A stretch of DNA of 64,000 nucleotides from Mobula hypostoma (taxonomy: Eukaryota): the NCBI RefSeq assembly GCF_963921235.1, contig NC_086108.1, positions 33,978,001-34,042,000 on the forward strand, in the 5' to 3' direction. Made by a program: the position numbers and the translations under genes. Of the stretch, positions 63,700-64,000 are shown piece by piece. Each line of letters opens with the position of its first letter. Position 1 is the first letter of the stretch. The notes below the pieces were generated by a model. That model made no database searches. It worked only from the letters and a program-made list of their open reading frames with translations, and was not told the DNA's origin.

Positions 63700-63950
63700 T
63701 GGAAACTTTTCTGGGGCACAGGTGACCTGTACCAGAGGGACAGGTTACACCTAAGAAGGAGGGAAACGAATATCCCAGCCAGGTGGTTCAGTAGTGGGAG
63801 AGTTTAAACTTGTTTGGCAGGAGGATGGGAGCCAAAGCACCAGGTCAGAAAGTGAAGTGATGGAGAGGAAGGGAGATGTCAGAGCCAGTGAAGACAGGCA
63901 GGAGCAAAGTAATAGATACGATGAGATGGATAGTTTGGTGTGTGTAACTT
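63700..63950 (+). mobile_element. CR1 ORF1/ORF2 junction fragment
   Basis: [18 protein letters not shown] parallels WDLFWGRYDLYKKDGLHL in the 12036 ORF1. Confidence 0.65.
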
Positions 63951-63952
63951 AA

Positions 63953-64000
63953 TTTGGGCATCGAGGAAGAGAGGAAGGGGAGAGCCATCTGCAGTACCAC
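63953..64000 (+). mobile_element. Second, heavily 5'-truncated HERO-like copy (runs off the window end)
   Basis: tttgggcatcgagg...gagagccatctgcagtaccac matches ~2055-2101. Confidence 0.85.

Overview
Repeat-dense eukaryotic genomic DNA, most likely from a cartilaginous fish (ray or shark), inferred from its CR1, Rex1/Babar, Penelope, V-SINE/HE1-like and Deu-SINE content. I found no host protein-coding exon I can support; most of the window is nested transposons. Main elements: a HERO-like RT+RLE non-LTR element (1-2295); a non-autonomous Helitron with STPR repeats, split at its 5' tip by a very young Gmr1-like LTR element (5473-10303); a near full-length CR1 with an esterase ORF1; a Buster/Charlie hAT pseudogene; a four-layer nest; and a Penelope element. 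Two observations stand out. (1) The LTR element keeps one 959-aa open frame in which intact SCAN-Gag-protease is fused to deleted, catalytically dead integrase and RT relics, while its LTRs are nearly identical. This suggests a Gag/PR-encoding non-autonomous family. (2) The Penelope element appears broken by a ~2.25-kb inversion bounded by two copies of a tiny palindromic Tc1-type MITE. Family assignments come from motif recognition, not database searches, and boundaries of old fragments are approximate.
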